From contig BQFW01000008.1 in assembly GCA_020891255.1 (NCBI GenBank), positions 434,001-498,000 of the forward strand: DNA of 64,000 nucleotides. Direction: 5' to 3'. This document shows, in pieces, positions 47,401 to 60,055 of the stretch (positions within the stretch are counted from its first letter, which is position 1; every line of letters starts with the position of its first letter). Origin of the DNA: Entomortierella parvispora E1425. Taxonomy: Eukaryota > Fungi > Mortierellomycota. The translations under genes were made by a program, and so were the position numbers. Below the pieces are notes generated by a model that searched no databases, was not told the DNA's origin, and saw only the letters and a list, made by a program, of their open reading frames with translations.

Positions 47401-50400
47401 TGAACGTAAGTGTTAATGTGATAATATGGCAGACAACAGGAATGAAAGGGTCAGTTTGAACGACGAGCCAGAGCACGTCTAACACGTTCGCCCTTCCTCA
47501 ATCATCGCAATAGAGCATCCCTATTAAGAGTTGTTGTGTCTATTCGGACTCTCTTAATGTCATGTTGACAGTCAAAGATGCCCCAACCATGGCATCCCTA
47601 CGATCATCTGCCTCAAAGACAAAAGTCAGCGCAGCTGCCACAACAAAAACTCAGAAACGCACAAAGAAGGTCAAGAAGGAGGCGGTCGCTGTCATGGATG
47701 AGATCGACCTGGACTTGTACGGACCAGAACCTGTAGACGAAGAGGAGGAAGAGAGTGAGGAGGAGGATGAAGACGTTGAGATGGGATCCGATATGCCCAT
47801 GGCAGATGTTGATATGGAGGAAGCAAGGTCCAAGGCCAAAGCCGCTATGGCGAATCCTGAAGGCAAATCCGTGCAAGCTACCCATTGGTGTCTTCTTTAT
47901 AGGAGTGATGGTGCCTTGGAGGTAAGTGTCTTTTGACCTTCGTAACGCGACTTTTCTCTTTCTATGTTCCGATGGTCGAAGAGGTTGAAGAGTCTAACAG
48001 GGAGTTCTTTTTTTTTGTAGATTTATCAACTGCCAGACTTCAAAGAAGTATTCTTCTTTCCTCATTTCGATCTCTTGCCTGATGTATTACCCGACGCACC
48101 AGCACATCAGGATGTCAAACCCGCTGGAAGGGCACGAGAGGTGACCGAGATGGCCTTAGTGAACATGGGTTCTGAGTACAAGAAAGAGCCCTACCTTGTT
48201 GTAAGTTACTTGTTGCGACATGAGTGTTCTTTGGCTGGCCAAGCAATGATATTAACGGTGATCTCCTGTGTAGGTGCGGACATATCGCGGCAACATTGCC
48301 ATGTACAAAACATACCAACATTTCCCTACAGTAGAGCTTGACGTCAATGGGAAGCCCATCGACCTTTCCAATCGTCTTGCCATTCGATTCAGGAGAATCC
48401 CCTTGGATGTCGTTGCTCGTGAAACGCCAGAGGAGGAAGAAAAGGAGGAGGCGGCTGTGGACGTGATTGATTTTGATATCGATCCACGAGATGCGGTGGA
48501 AAGAGAAGTTGAGAGACAGGAGCGGAGGAGACAGCGGAGACCCAAGCATCTGATTCCTTTCACGGACGTGGCTGGTTATGAGGGTCTTTTTGTTCTGGGA
48601 TCTGCTCCTCTCTGGATCCTCAGTTCTGGACGTGGCCTCCCTAGGGTTCATCCCATGATTTGCGAAGGCAAGATCGAATGCTTTACGCAGTTCCATAACG
48701 TAAACTGCAAGCAAGGGTTTATTACTTCCAATGCAGAGGTAAGCCGCGAGTGGGAAAACAACCTGCGTTTCTTTCTAATCGACAATATCGTGTATACTCA
48801 CCTCAACCTTCATGTCCGTTGTCTCAGGGAAATGTTCGTATCAGTCAATTGCCAACAGACGGAATCCAATACGACATGCCCTGGCCTATTCGCAAGGTTC
48901 CTTTAAAGAAGGCGGTTCGACATATCAAATACCACCCCACCTCCCAGACCTATGTCATCATCACGGCCGTCCCTGATGCATTTATTGTAAAGGATGAAAA
49001 CAACGTAGCCGTTCATGAAAGTGGATCAACCACCGCCGCTACTGCAGGAACAGAGCCAAATGGAACAACGACTGCTGCTGCTACCGCCACGGCTGCAGCA
49101 GCCTCTGCCACTACTTCTGCAACCGACGCCTCCAAAGCGACTGACGCCACCGCTGCAGCGGATGCAAGCGGCACAGCCGCAGCTACGACGACTATCCCCA
49201 ATGGTCAGCCCAAGCCCATCAAGTCTACCCGTCACATTCCTGGATTCCTTCCAACTTCGGAAAGACAAACTGTTGAGCTGGTGTCGCCTGTGACATGGGA
49301 GACCGTGGACCGATACGAGTTGCAAGAGTACGAGATTGTGACAAGTATGGAGACTGTCAGCTTGGAGTCGTCTCAGGATCGATCGGGTCGCAAACAATTT
49401 ATTGCTGTCGGTACCTCATTCCTCAAGGGCGAAGATTCTACTATGCGCGGAACAGTAAGAAAAGCAATTTGCCATGCTAAACCGACTTGACATGATGTAG
49501 TTTTTGACTGACTGTTGTCTTTCTTTTTGCTTTAGATTTACATTTTTGATGTGATTGACGTTGTTCCTGAGCCGGATAACCCCCAGACGGACCACAAGCT
49601 GAAGTTGATCTATTCAGAAGAGGTCAAGGGAGCGGTGACGGCGATGGCTCCTTTGAGTGGATACCTCTTGACATGTGTCGGTACCAAAGTGGTGGTGCGA
49701 AGCTTTGAGGACAATGAGACGTTGACGGGTATTGCGTTTATTGATGTACAAATCTTTGTAACAAGTGTCCGGGTGGTCAAGAACACAATCATGTTGGCGG
49801 ACGCGTACAAGTCTGTTTGGTTTGTCGGATTCCAGGATGAGCCCACAAAGCTAGTCTTGCTCGGCAAGGACTTTAATCCAATGGAGGCCATGCATGTCGG
49901 CTACTTGATCGAGCATCAGACCCTCCATGTCGTCGTTGCGGATTCTGAAAAGAATATCCGTCTCCTGCAGTATGCTCCCTACCGTAAGTCTTCTTTTTTT
50001 TTTTTTTTCTGTCTTTGTGGATCTTCCTATGTAGAGCTCGTTCTGATCGTTCTTTTCTGCTACAAACACACTACCTAGACGTACAATCCTTCAGTGGACA
50101 GAAGCTGATTTGCAGAGGCGACTATCACTTGGGATCACAGGTGCAGACCATGGTCTCTCTTCCCAAGATTGTCCTCAGTGGATCAGATGAGGGCATCTCT
50201 CACTTGACGGTCTGCGGAACTTTGGATGGCAGTCTCTGTATGATCACCCCCATCCCCGAAAAGACCAGCAAGCGTCTGGCGCTCTTGAGCACCCAGATTG
50301 TCAACGGCGTGCAGCATCCCGCAGGATTGAATCCCAGAGCGTACAGGTTGCTTCAGTCCAAGGATAGACTCAACTCTAACCCTGTCAAGGGTATCCTTGA

Positions 50401-50533
50401 CGGTGATTTGCTCTTTGAGTTTATCAACTTGCCTGCCAATCGCCAAAAGGAAATGACAAAGCAGATTGGAACAGGAGTGGATCGTGTCATGGACGATTTG
50501 GCTGGTATTGCCGTCGCCGCAGATCACTTTTAA
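44413..50533 (+). CDS. CFT1: cleavage and polyadenylation specificity factor subunit 1 (CPSF160/Cft1)
   Basis: KEIFPPTG, LNGIITSM..DSILVSFKDAK, RLAVRKDT, LPYDC..VPKPVGG, WPIRKVPL, EEVKGAVTA, LADAYKSVWF, HPAGLNPRAYR, ILDGDLL. Many GT-AG introns. Confidence 0.95.
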
Positions 50534-50723
50534 AGAATAAACAAGAACAATACAACTTTGAAAGCACACAAAAAAGACAAGAGAATTTGATTTAAGGACA
50601 TGGTCTATGGCAATAAGAAATAGTATGGGTTGAAGGGGAGGTTGATTGCGAAATTAGGAAGAAATAATCCATGTTATGAGGTCCAAAAGAAAGCTGATGT
50701 ACATCTACTCTGTGCTTGTTGTT

Positions 50724-52350
50724 TTAAAGAATGCTGTCCATCTTTGTGAATACGTTCAGAACAGCAGCCACAACTTCCATCTGAAGATCCTTGCCAGCCA
50801 CCTCGCTCTTGCTGGCAGACGATCCGAAAGGGTAGGTGCTGTAGTCGCTCAAAAGTTCGTCCACCTTGGTATAAGCGCGCTCCCGCATCTCGTGGTTGAG
50901 ATACATGAGGGCATTCTCGAGCACGTTGGCAGCATACGCCGCACAGACCATCGACACTGTTCTCAATTGTTGGAAAGCAATGGGCGATTCGCGCTCCGCC
51001 AGACTAGGTGATCCGTTGGCTCTTGAGATCAGCACAGTGCATGCTCGCTTTACAACCTCTTCTTTCACTGCAGAGTCGGTGACGGGATGTGTTGCCATGT
51101 CGAAGAGCAAAAAGTTGCGTTTCTCTGTCCTCAAAACACCCTTATCCACCAATCCCTTTGCCAGACGCTCACGCACCTGCTTCAATTGGAACCCAATCTT
51201 CATGACGTTCCAAGTCTCGCCTAAAAAAAGGTAAGGCGTCATGTGTTAGAGCACTCTAATTTGGTCTAAAGCGGACGTTTCCATCCACATATCAGAGGTG
51301 GTGGCTCTTACCACTCATCAAGTCAATCCATTGTCCCACACTCATCCTCTCCTGTGTAGAGTTGATCATCTTCAGCGCCTCGTCCAAAAGAACCTCGCCA
51401 GTCAACTTTTCGCTCACGACTTCAATGTAGCGATCAGCAAGGGGGTATTTGCGGCGGTTGGGGTCCTTGACCATGGCAATGCGGTTACGGAAGGCGAGCT
51501 CCATGAGAATGCATCCTCGAAGGGTGTATGAGATGTTGTCGTTCCAGAAGGATAGATAGCCCTACGACACATGAATTGGGGTCGGATAGTTAATAATAGG
51601 CATCGAAAGAACGTAGATCTGGTCTCTATAATCTCAGCGATAAAAATGCTGTAGGAGAATCAGGAACCAAAGACAGAGCTGTTTGCTCCTTGCTTGTTGC
51701 TTGACCCGACTCCCCTTCCCCGACAAGAAAGCTCGACTCTCCTTCATCCCCATTTCAAAGCACGCTAAAAAGGGGCTCGAAGTATGCACATCCTGAGGAA
51801 GCATAAAAGAAGTGGCAAGAAAGACGAGGTTGGGGCACACCGCCCTTTCCGTGCGAGGCTTTAAACCCGTTCCAAGTATAGGATCGCTGTCGGGGGCAAA
51901 CAAGAGTCGAAGAGGAACTACAGCCCTCGCCCTCGCTTTTGCTTTTTCGCTTCTGTGCTCACATGGCGCCATCTGATCCATGTGGAGCAAAGTCAAAAAA
52001 ACCCAGGGACAAGATGTAAACGTGTCCAACGATGGGAGGATGATGTGCCAGGGGGGAGGGGGGGAATAAAAAAGAGAGACTGGGAGGAGTCGCAACCAAA
52101 AGAGAGCAGGTCCCCTTACCTGCTTATCCTTGAGTCCCAAGAGAAGGACTTCCTCCATCAATGTCAATCTTGGCTGTGTCTTGTTCTCGTCCTCCATCTG
52201 CAAGTCCCGTGGGTCAGAGACGACCTTGTTGTCTGTGCTCGACCTGTGAAGCTGGCTGTCTGAATTGGAGTTGGCAGGCGAGGAGAAGGCCGAGTCTGAA
52301 GTACCTCCAGCGGCGCGCCGCCTTGAGAGTCCACCAGTAGATGACATCAT
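50724..52350 (-). CDS. VPS74: Golgi phosphoprotein 3 / Vps74
   Basis: RLTLMEEVLLLGLKDKQ|GYLSFWNDNISYTLRGCILMELAFR, TGEVLLDEALK, GETWN..FQLKQVRERLAKGLVDKGVLRTEKRNFLLFDMATHP. Confidence 0.96.
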
Positions 52351-52490
52351 ATGAGAATGCTAGAATAGAAGAACTATGTTCCTGAGATGAAGAGTCGCAA
52401 CGACTGCTGGAGAGAGTAATAGATTGTCTGCAGAAATAGCACCGCCGATAGTTGATGCGCCGCGCGTGATGAGCCTTGTGCTGGTGAGAC

Positions 52491-52516
52491 TGGATGGATG
52501 GATGGATGGATGGATG
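52491..52516. repeat. (TGGA)n tetranucleotide microsatellite
   Basis: About 6.5 TGGA units upstream of VPS74. Confidence 0.85.
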
Positions 52517-54328
52517 GGATGAATGAATAGGATGAGAAAGAGCACAAAAGATGGGAAACGATGGAAGGATGCAACCAGGTTGATGATGGCTCCGCCCTCT
52601 CCGCACAATTCTCCATGAACCGCGTTGAGCGCAAAGGGGCGCTGGCTGGGTCACGTGGCATCATGGCAGGTCACACGAGCCCAGCTACGGTGATGTGTCG
52701 GTACGTGGCACGGTCGTACTCCTTGCACCTTTAATCGAGGTAAGCATGGCTGGTTCAGGGAAATTCATTGTGCCGGCCACAAAACAAGAGCAGGCCAGCA
52801 ACAACACAGATGCACCATATCGGGGCACGACCTAAATTCGATTGGAGCGAATCTTCGCTCCAAACGGAGTGCCCATCCACATCTACAATTTAATCGTCTT
52901 CATTCAAGCAGCCTTTGCTCCACACCACACCACACAGTGCGTGATTTTTTGATGGAGGACAAGGCAGCGAGGCGCCTGCTGGACGGACAATTGAACGCGT
53001 GAGCCAAGGGCAAGCAGGGCCAGAGCATCAAAAAAGTGCATCAAAGTTTATTGCAAGTAAGGTAAGCGAGCAAAAAATGTCCAAACACAGAGTCGATGTA
53101 CCTTTCTCCGCTTCCTCCAAATCCAGTAATTCTGGAAAGCTGGTTTTTTTTTCTTGCCTTGCGTCTCCATCTCCCCACTGCTGCAATCGCAATTGCAATA
53201 GACCGGTCTCAACAGGCTTTGACAGCGCAACAACACAGACAGCTAAAGCAGGATTGACTTTTGTCTGTGTTTTTTTTCGCTCAAAAAGTTTCCCGCAGTT
53301 GAAGTGAAAAACAGCGACCAACAGGCGACACAATCTGAGCTGGGACCATTTTTTTTATTTTTTTTATGAAACTCGGCATGTTGAACAGGTTCACTTCCAA
53401 ACAAGGGCTGTTCATTCAAAATAGAACAACGCAATGAGTACGTGGACAGACTTTTTTTTTTTATTTGTGTTGTGCTTGATTACATGTCTTTCGATCTAGT
53501 TTGCAGTTTGTCCCTGTTGGATGATAAATTCAAAAACTGCGCAGGTCAGAGTTAAGACGCAATCTTGACCGGGCTATGAAAAAATAACAGAAAGCAAACG
53601 ATCGTCCCCATGGATTTTCTCAGATTCATTATTATAAATCGGGGGCGCCGCGTCACCGCAACTCCATTCAAAAAACTCAGAGAAGGGGGACCTGTCAGGC
53701 CAGACTGTTGCACTGTAATTTACCTTTACCAACAAAACGAGAATTGGCGCAGCTTTCGTTGGGCGACATATCTGGAGAGATCAACGAAAGCCGGACTCAC
53801 AGATGTCCTTCGGTGGATAGACAAGCCGTGCCGATTTTTTTTTCTCTTTTTTTTTTTGTTTTTTTTTTCGGGGGTTGAAGAATCGCTTCATGGTATTTCG
53901 ATAGAATCGTTCATCCCTTGGGGGTGAATTGCGGCTGTATTCAGTCCGATTCAATCGCCCTGGAAAACTCTAAAAAATTAAGCATGGCCTGTCCTAAGAT
54001 GGAGTGAACTTGTTTGTCCAGTCCGTGTTGGAAGATGTTTTCCCTGCAAACAAAAAATTCCCTTCTTCACTCATGTCACCGATCAAGGCTCGCTTTTTTG
54101 TTGACACTTTGACACTGGTGTATCTATGACCTCCAATCAATCAACCTTCGGCATTTTGGTTGTTGCACACCTTGCCAAAGGGAACAACAAGAGCCGACCA
54201 AAAAAAAAAACTTCATTGAGCCGACTGCGCCTGATTTCTTCTTGGACAGTAGTGAGTGTTTATCTCCTTCCCCCCATCCTTGCCCATTACCCACAGGCAG
54301 GCTGCGCGCTCTATTGTCCTAGAGGACC

Positions 54329-54934
54329 ATGAAACGGCCATGGGAGATTTGTTGTCCGGGCTGTCCCTTCTCCGGGTACGAATGCCAACTACAACTGGAA
54401 AATCTTTTCAAGCACAAGGTCATGGCTAAGGACGATCCCCACAGTCAATTTTCAAAAAAAATATGCCTCAACAAAGATCAACTGAAGAAGGAAAAGCACG
54501 GTCAGCTTGTGCTCAAAGCAGATTTGTTTAGCTCTGCCGGAAAAGTTGTGCCTCTATTTCGCCGGGATGAAAGTATTGCCACGGTGGATAAAGTGATGGC
54601 CACAGTTTAGCCCCACTGTCGTCACCACACTGAGACTGGTAACCCGTTAGGTGTTTCCCCCCATCTTGTGTCAAGCAACAATGTGATATCGGAGAATGAC
54701 TCCCATCGACTGGAGTTGGATCATGGTGTCGTGAGCAAGAGCGTGATTGACAACTACTTGTTTGGGTTCGAGCCTCGACCACTGATCGAATTCCTTGATA
54801 GCCCCCATCTCTCCACAACTGTCCGGGGCTACGATGCGTTTTATTTTTCAACGGGTTGTGCTGATAGCAGGTGTTTCTCGTTTGTCCGTGAGGTGGCAAG
54901 GTGGTTGGTCTTTGTTGACTATCAACATTATTGA
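54329..54934 (+). pseudogene. possible disrupted ORF (202 codons, one internal TAG)
   Basis: ORFs 54329-54610 and 54668-54934 are in the same frame, and the 19 codons between them are open. The only stop is TAG at 54608-54610. No recognised homology. Confidence 0.3.
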
Positions 54935-56158
54935 TCCAGTCCCTCCGGAAAGTAGTCTCACAGTCGCCTGCAGGAGCAAGACTGGACCACAGTCTTGCTG
55001 ACAGACAGGGTGTGTTGAGTCTGTCCATGCAAAAAAAGCTTATTTTTGGTCGCCGGCCCAGGGTTTTGCCTGTGGCTTGGAGCTCCGTTGATTTCTAATT
55101 GTTGCGCAAGCACTGTTCGGAGGGGGGTCAAATGCGCAATTGGCGGCGAGACAGAGGGAGTCAGAGAGGTGCGCGTGAGGAGATCAAGCAAAAATATCAT
55201 AACAGCAGGAAGAGAGGGGGCATCTAGTGAATGCCATAGAAAAAAAACTGCAAAAGGTGATCCGGGAGCAGTATTCAAGGCAGAGTGATTGCAGTACAAG
55301 GGTCGGATGCACAATGACCGTGGGCGACTGTGATCGCCTTTATCTTATTGTCTCGCAATTCAATCAGTCGCATGGCTGACTTGGAGTTCAATGACCGTTC
55401 GCCATATAAAAGGCCGGCTCTTGGAGCGGCTTTCTGCCACTCTTTTTTTTTTTTTTTTTTTCCTTTTTTCTCCCATTTCTCCTTGACTTTTTTTCTTCTT
55501 CCTTCGACCCATCGTCGCTCTGTGTCGGCCACGTCGTTTGTGTTGTCCTCCTTCCCAATTAACTGTGATTGTTTTCGGAGACACAGTTCTGGTTTTCGAT
55601 CATTCTTGTTTTTTTCCAAGTCCTGTCGATTTTCTTTCCTTTTCCAGCAAGGCACACCTTTTTCCCTTTCCTTGGCTTTTTTCCCTATAAGTCTCGACCT
55701 TCTCTGATCTCCCCTCCCTCCTCTGCAAAAAGCAGGTTCCTCCTCTTCCTCCGAAACTGCGCGTTGCGCCTCCCCCAGACAGCCAACAACCAGCCAGAAA
55801 CAAGCTTAGCACCGACACCCCATCAACACATCACCCTCGTCTCAAACAAGATAAAATTCTTCTTTGATTTAACCTCACCCAGCACCCTCTCACAACATCA
55901 CCGTCGCCTCCTTCTCGTCCTTCTTTCCCTCTCTTTACTCCTCCTCATCCACTTTTACTCCTTTCAACAGGACTCTCCCACACCTCGCACACTCCCTTGT
56001 TGTTTCTTTTGATCCTCACACTCGGACTATCGAGACCCACACCTGCTCCTATTCCTACGCCACCCCCTCCACTCCACCCATCATTCCTCTCTTCTCGTCT
56101 TTCTCCGAGGCAGATACGGCACCAATTCAACATTCTACGCCGCCAAGTGTGACACACA

Positions 56159-57821
56159 ATGGACCCCAACTCTATGGAGACCTACTATGGTCTCATCAAG
56201 ACCCCTCACGACGCCCTTATTATTTTTGAAGGCAAGTTCAAGTCCCTGCACCGCGCAACATAGAATCATTCTTGTCAAAGATACACAGCCGCGCCCCTTG
56301 AAGAACAATCCTGTATTCCTGTTGTCCAACAATCCCGCAATCCTGCAATCCTGCAATCCTGCAATCTCTTTGGAGTCGGTTTCGACTTTGAGGGTTTGTG
56401 GCGGGGTGGATTCGCGAGTCGGCGCCCTTGAGTCGCACAATAGCTCTACTCTATTCCGCTCTGTCCTTTCTGTCCTTTCTGCTCTTTCTGCCATTCTGTC
56501 CTCTAGCCCAGCCCCAAACACTCCAGTCACTCCACACTCCACGGTGCTCTAAATGACGGATTCGCTTTCTTCCTTACCCTCTAACCTGTTTATACTTTTT
56601 TACTTTTTTTCTCTCCCCTCCTCAAACCTGATTGAAATCGGTCTATTAGCCTGTCACCTCGGTATCATCTCACGCGTGCATCGCCGCCTGTCAGACATCG
56701 AGCGCCAGTCTGTTCGCTCTGGATCCGTCTACTGCTTTGATGAACGTGAGGCCGGCATGCGTCGCTGGACCGATGGCAAGAGCTGGAGCCCCAGTCGCGT
56801 CACTGGCAGCTTCCTGACCTACCGCGAGCTGGATGAGGGTAGCCAAGGCGGCAAAAACGTCTACAGAGCAGATGGTCTGTTGAAACAGTCCTTCAGCATC
56901 ACCACCTCTGACAACAAGAAGCTGCACCTCATCTCTTACTATACCAACGAGGATGTTGCCTCCGAAAGACTGACCGGCACGCCTACGCGCGATCCCCTCT
57001 TTGCCAACATTGTTGTCCCCAAGGGTATCTACCCCGAAACCGCATCCACCTCCGAGGCCCTTTCGGTCCAGGCCTCCGTTCCATCTTCGTCCTCCTCGCA
57101 CCAGTCCAGCCCATCGCCTCCAACGCCACACAGATCTAGACATCGCCCCCATCACCGATCCTTCCCACAGAAAGATCAGCACGACCTCAAGATTAAAATC
57201 GAGGCTCCCGTCTCCAGTGTGAAGGAGCACCGTTATTCGCCCCTGCAGACCAATGATCACAAGCACGGACTGTCCTCGAGATCCAGATCCAACAGCCATA
57301 ACACAAGTCATCCTTATGGATCCCACGGCCCGGGCCCTGAGAAGCGATACAAATCCTCAAGCCCTACAGCCACGTCATCGTTCCCCACTCCTCCACCAAA
57401 CGTCTATTCGCCCACAGGGTCTTCCTGGGCCTCTGAGGACGATCAGTCATTGGTGATGGACTTGGAAACTGTCACCCCAGAGTCCCTGGATGGTCGTGCA
57501 CAAGAAGGAGAGGCAGAAGAGGGCCTGACATCCCGTATGATCCCCCCTCTTCGAGAACTTCCCTTGCTGGCCTCAAGTTTCGATCTCTACAAGAACACCT
57601 CCTACCCATCGTCCGATGAGCAATGTCATCCCCACCACGACCTGTACACGCCGCCTTCGGATATGTCCCACGAACAAGATTCATTATCGGTCTTGGCCAA
57701 TTTGGCCACGGATGCTTTGTTGCTGCCCAAACTCGAGCCTAAGGAGGTCTCTCGGGAGAGGGTCCGATGGGTCGAGGACGACCGACAGCTGCGGGCGCTG
57801 TCGTCCATGCTACGCTTGTGA
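56159..57821 (+). CDS. pac2: Gti1/Pac2 (WOPR) family transcription factor, Pac2-type, ~414 aa
   Basis: Exon 1 (56159-56231, METYYGLIKTPHDALIIFE) joins exon 2 (56650-57821, ACHLG..RRLSDIERQSVRSGSVYCFDEREAGMRRWTDGKSWSPSRVTGSFLTYRE..GLLKQSFSI..HLISYY) through a GC-AG intron. Confidence 0.92.
56331..56366. repeat. 8-bp tandem repeat (ATCCTGCA)n in the pac2 intron
   Basis: aatcccgcaatcctgcaatcctgcaatcctgcaatc, about 4.5 units. Confidence 0.8.
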
Positions 57822-58278
57822 AAAAAAAAAGAGTTGTGTGTTCTGAGACTTCTTGTACCCTGCACCGTTTGTTCTTGTCTTTCTTTTTTCTGCTTCTCCT
57901 GTTTCCTCGTTGTCTGTTCCTGTCCTTCTCTCTCCCCACTGTAATTTTACGAGTGGCAGGCACCAAGACGATCAAGGCATTTGCTCCTTTGCTCCTTTGC
58001 TCTCCCTTTTGCTTTTGGTGGCGCTATCCATGTTCCGACAGGACAGCCCACTTTACCCAGTTTTTGTACCATAGACTTTTCTTCCCCCTTGCACACACTT
58101 ACATACACCCACCCACACCACCAATCACCATTACCAGCAGCCGTGCTTCAATCTGTATGATAATAAATGATACTCCGGCAAAAAAGATCCAGAACTGATG
58201 ACAAAACTCATCTTTGCAACTCCAAATACCTATCCACACTCAATTTATTTTCGACAATTGCGACAGCCATAGGCTGAA

Positions 58279-59558
58279 TTACAAATCGGCAACCTGGACA
58301 ACCTGTTTGCCGAAGTTCTTTCCACTCAAAAGTCCCACAAAGGCCTCTGGTGCGGCCGCAACACCCTGGGCCTCATCGACCTTGTAAATGATCTTTCTGT
58401 CCAGCAGCAATTGTCTGACCTCCTTGAAAAACTCTTCAAAGTACTGCTCGTGAAAGTCTGCGGAGATAAAGCCTCGCATCGTCAAGGATTTAGCCACGAC
58501 TTGCATCAAGTTCTTGATACCATAGGGGGTTGTTGTGTTGTACTGAGAGATCATACCAGAGGCAATGATCCTACCGTGTTTGTTGAGCGCATCCAGGGCC
58601 GCCTCCAAGGTCTCGCCACCGACGTTCTCAAAGTAGATGTCGATACCCTTGGGGGCCGATTGCGCCAGAGCCTCGCGAGTGCTCTGCTTCTTGTAGTTGA
58701 ATGCGTGATCGAAACCGACTTGCTTGATAAGGTACTCGACCTTCTCATCACTTCCAGCGCTTCCGATGACTGTCAGACCCCAGACTTTGGCCAATTGACC
58801 AGCGAGTTGGCCTACATGGTGACCATGGTGACGACGAGGTAAACTAGGTTAGATCCTTTTTTTTACTGTCCTTTCGCTCTCTTTGTCACAAAATTTACCG
58901 ACAGCGCCGGAGGCGGCAGAAATGAAGATGGTCTCTCCAGCCTTGGGCTTTCCAATGTCCTTCAAAGACGCGTACGCAGTGAGTCCGGGGGAGCCTAGCA
59001 CGGAAACCTAGGTAGAGATGGCAAGTTTGATGTTAATAATCGATTCCCTTTCTTGATCATCCGGTTCCACTATCATCAACTTACATAGGACCACAGAGGC
59101 AATCCTGAATCGCGCGCTCCAGGGATGATGCGGGTCGTGGGAAGATCTGGCACAACAGAGTATTCTTCCCAACCGACAAAAGCGTGAATGATGGAGCCAA
59201 CAGGGTACTTTGGGTTCTTGGACTCGATCACCTCAGCGACACCTCGGGCATCGAGAGGATGTCCGATCTCGAACGCAGGCGAGTAGGACTTTTTGCTGGG
59301 GTCTCTCATCTTGCCACGCATATCTATTTTTTTTTTCAAACAGAAATATAGCCCTAGTAAGAAGATGCTCAATCTATTTCAAATACACATCCATGAAGAC
59401 TTACATGGATCAAGCGAGAAGACCAAATTGCGGGTGAGGACCTCGCCATCCTTGAGAACGGGCTTGAAATCCTGGACAGTCTTTGCGGCCAGATGTTCGC
59501 CCACGACAGGGAACTCTACGGGGTGCTTGAGGTAGATGACGGAGGTGTTGGATGGCAT
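58279..59558 (-). CDS. NADP-dependent alkenal/one oxidoreductase (PTGR1/LTB4DH family, MDR superfamily)
   Basis: [79 protein letters not shown]. Confidence 0.92.
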
Positions 59559-60055
59559 TGTGTAAGATTCTTTTTGTTTTCTGAAGAGGAAAGGTGAAAA
59601 GAATGAGTGGAGAACAGCAGAAAGGTCGGAGATCAGTGGAAAAAGATGTGCGTGAGAGAAAAGAAGAAGGAAAAAAAAAGACAGGTGGACACCGGCAGCC
59701 AAGGTTTATATCTCGAGTTTTTTTTTTCCTCAGAGAATTATTAAGCAGGTTGGTTTTTCTGCAACAAGTTGCGCGATCTATGGACACAATGGCCCGACTT
59801 TGCCTAGACCAATGTTGACGCCGTTCTCTTCTTGATCTGTAAGCGACCTTTCCACAGCCCTTCGGACAATATAGAGAAGACATTGACACAAAGTGCCCTC
59901 TATAGTTTCAAACAGAACGTCGTCGCCCTCCACAAGTGTAAAGATTTCCCTCGGTCACCCAGCCCAGTCCCCCTTCAATTGCGCGGCTACGCCATTGTGC
60001 ATTCAATTCATTCTTCTTTACTCTCCTACTATTCACTCCAATCTCAATCTTCACC

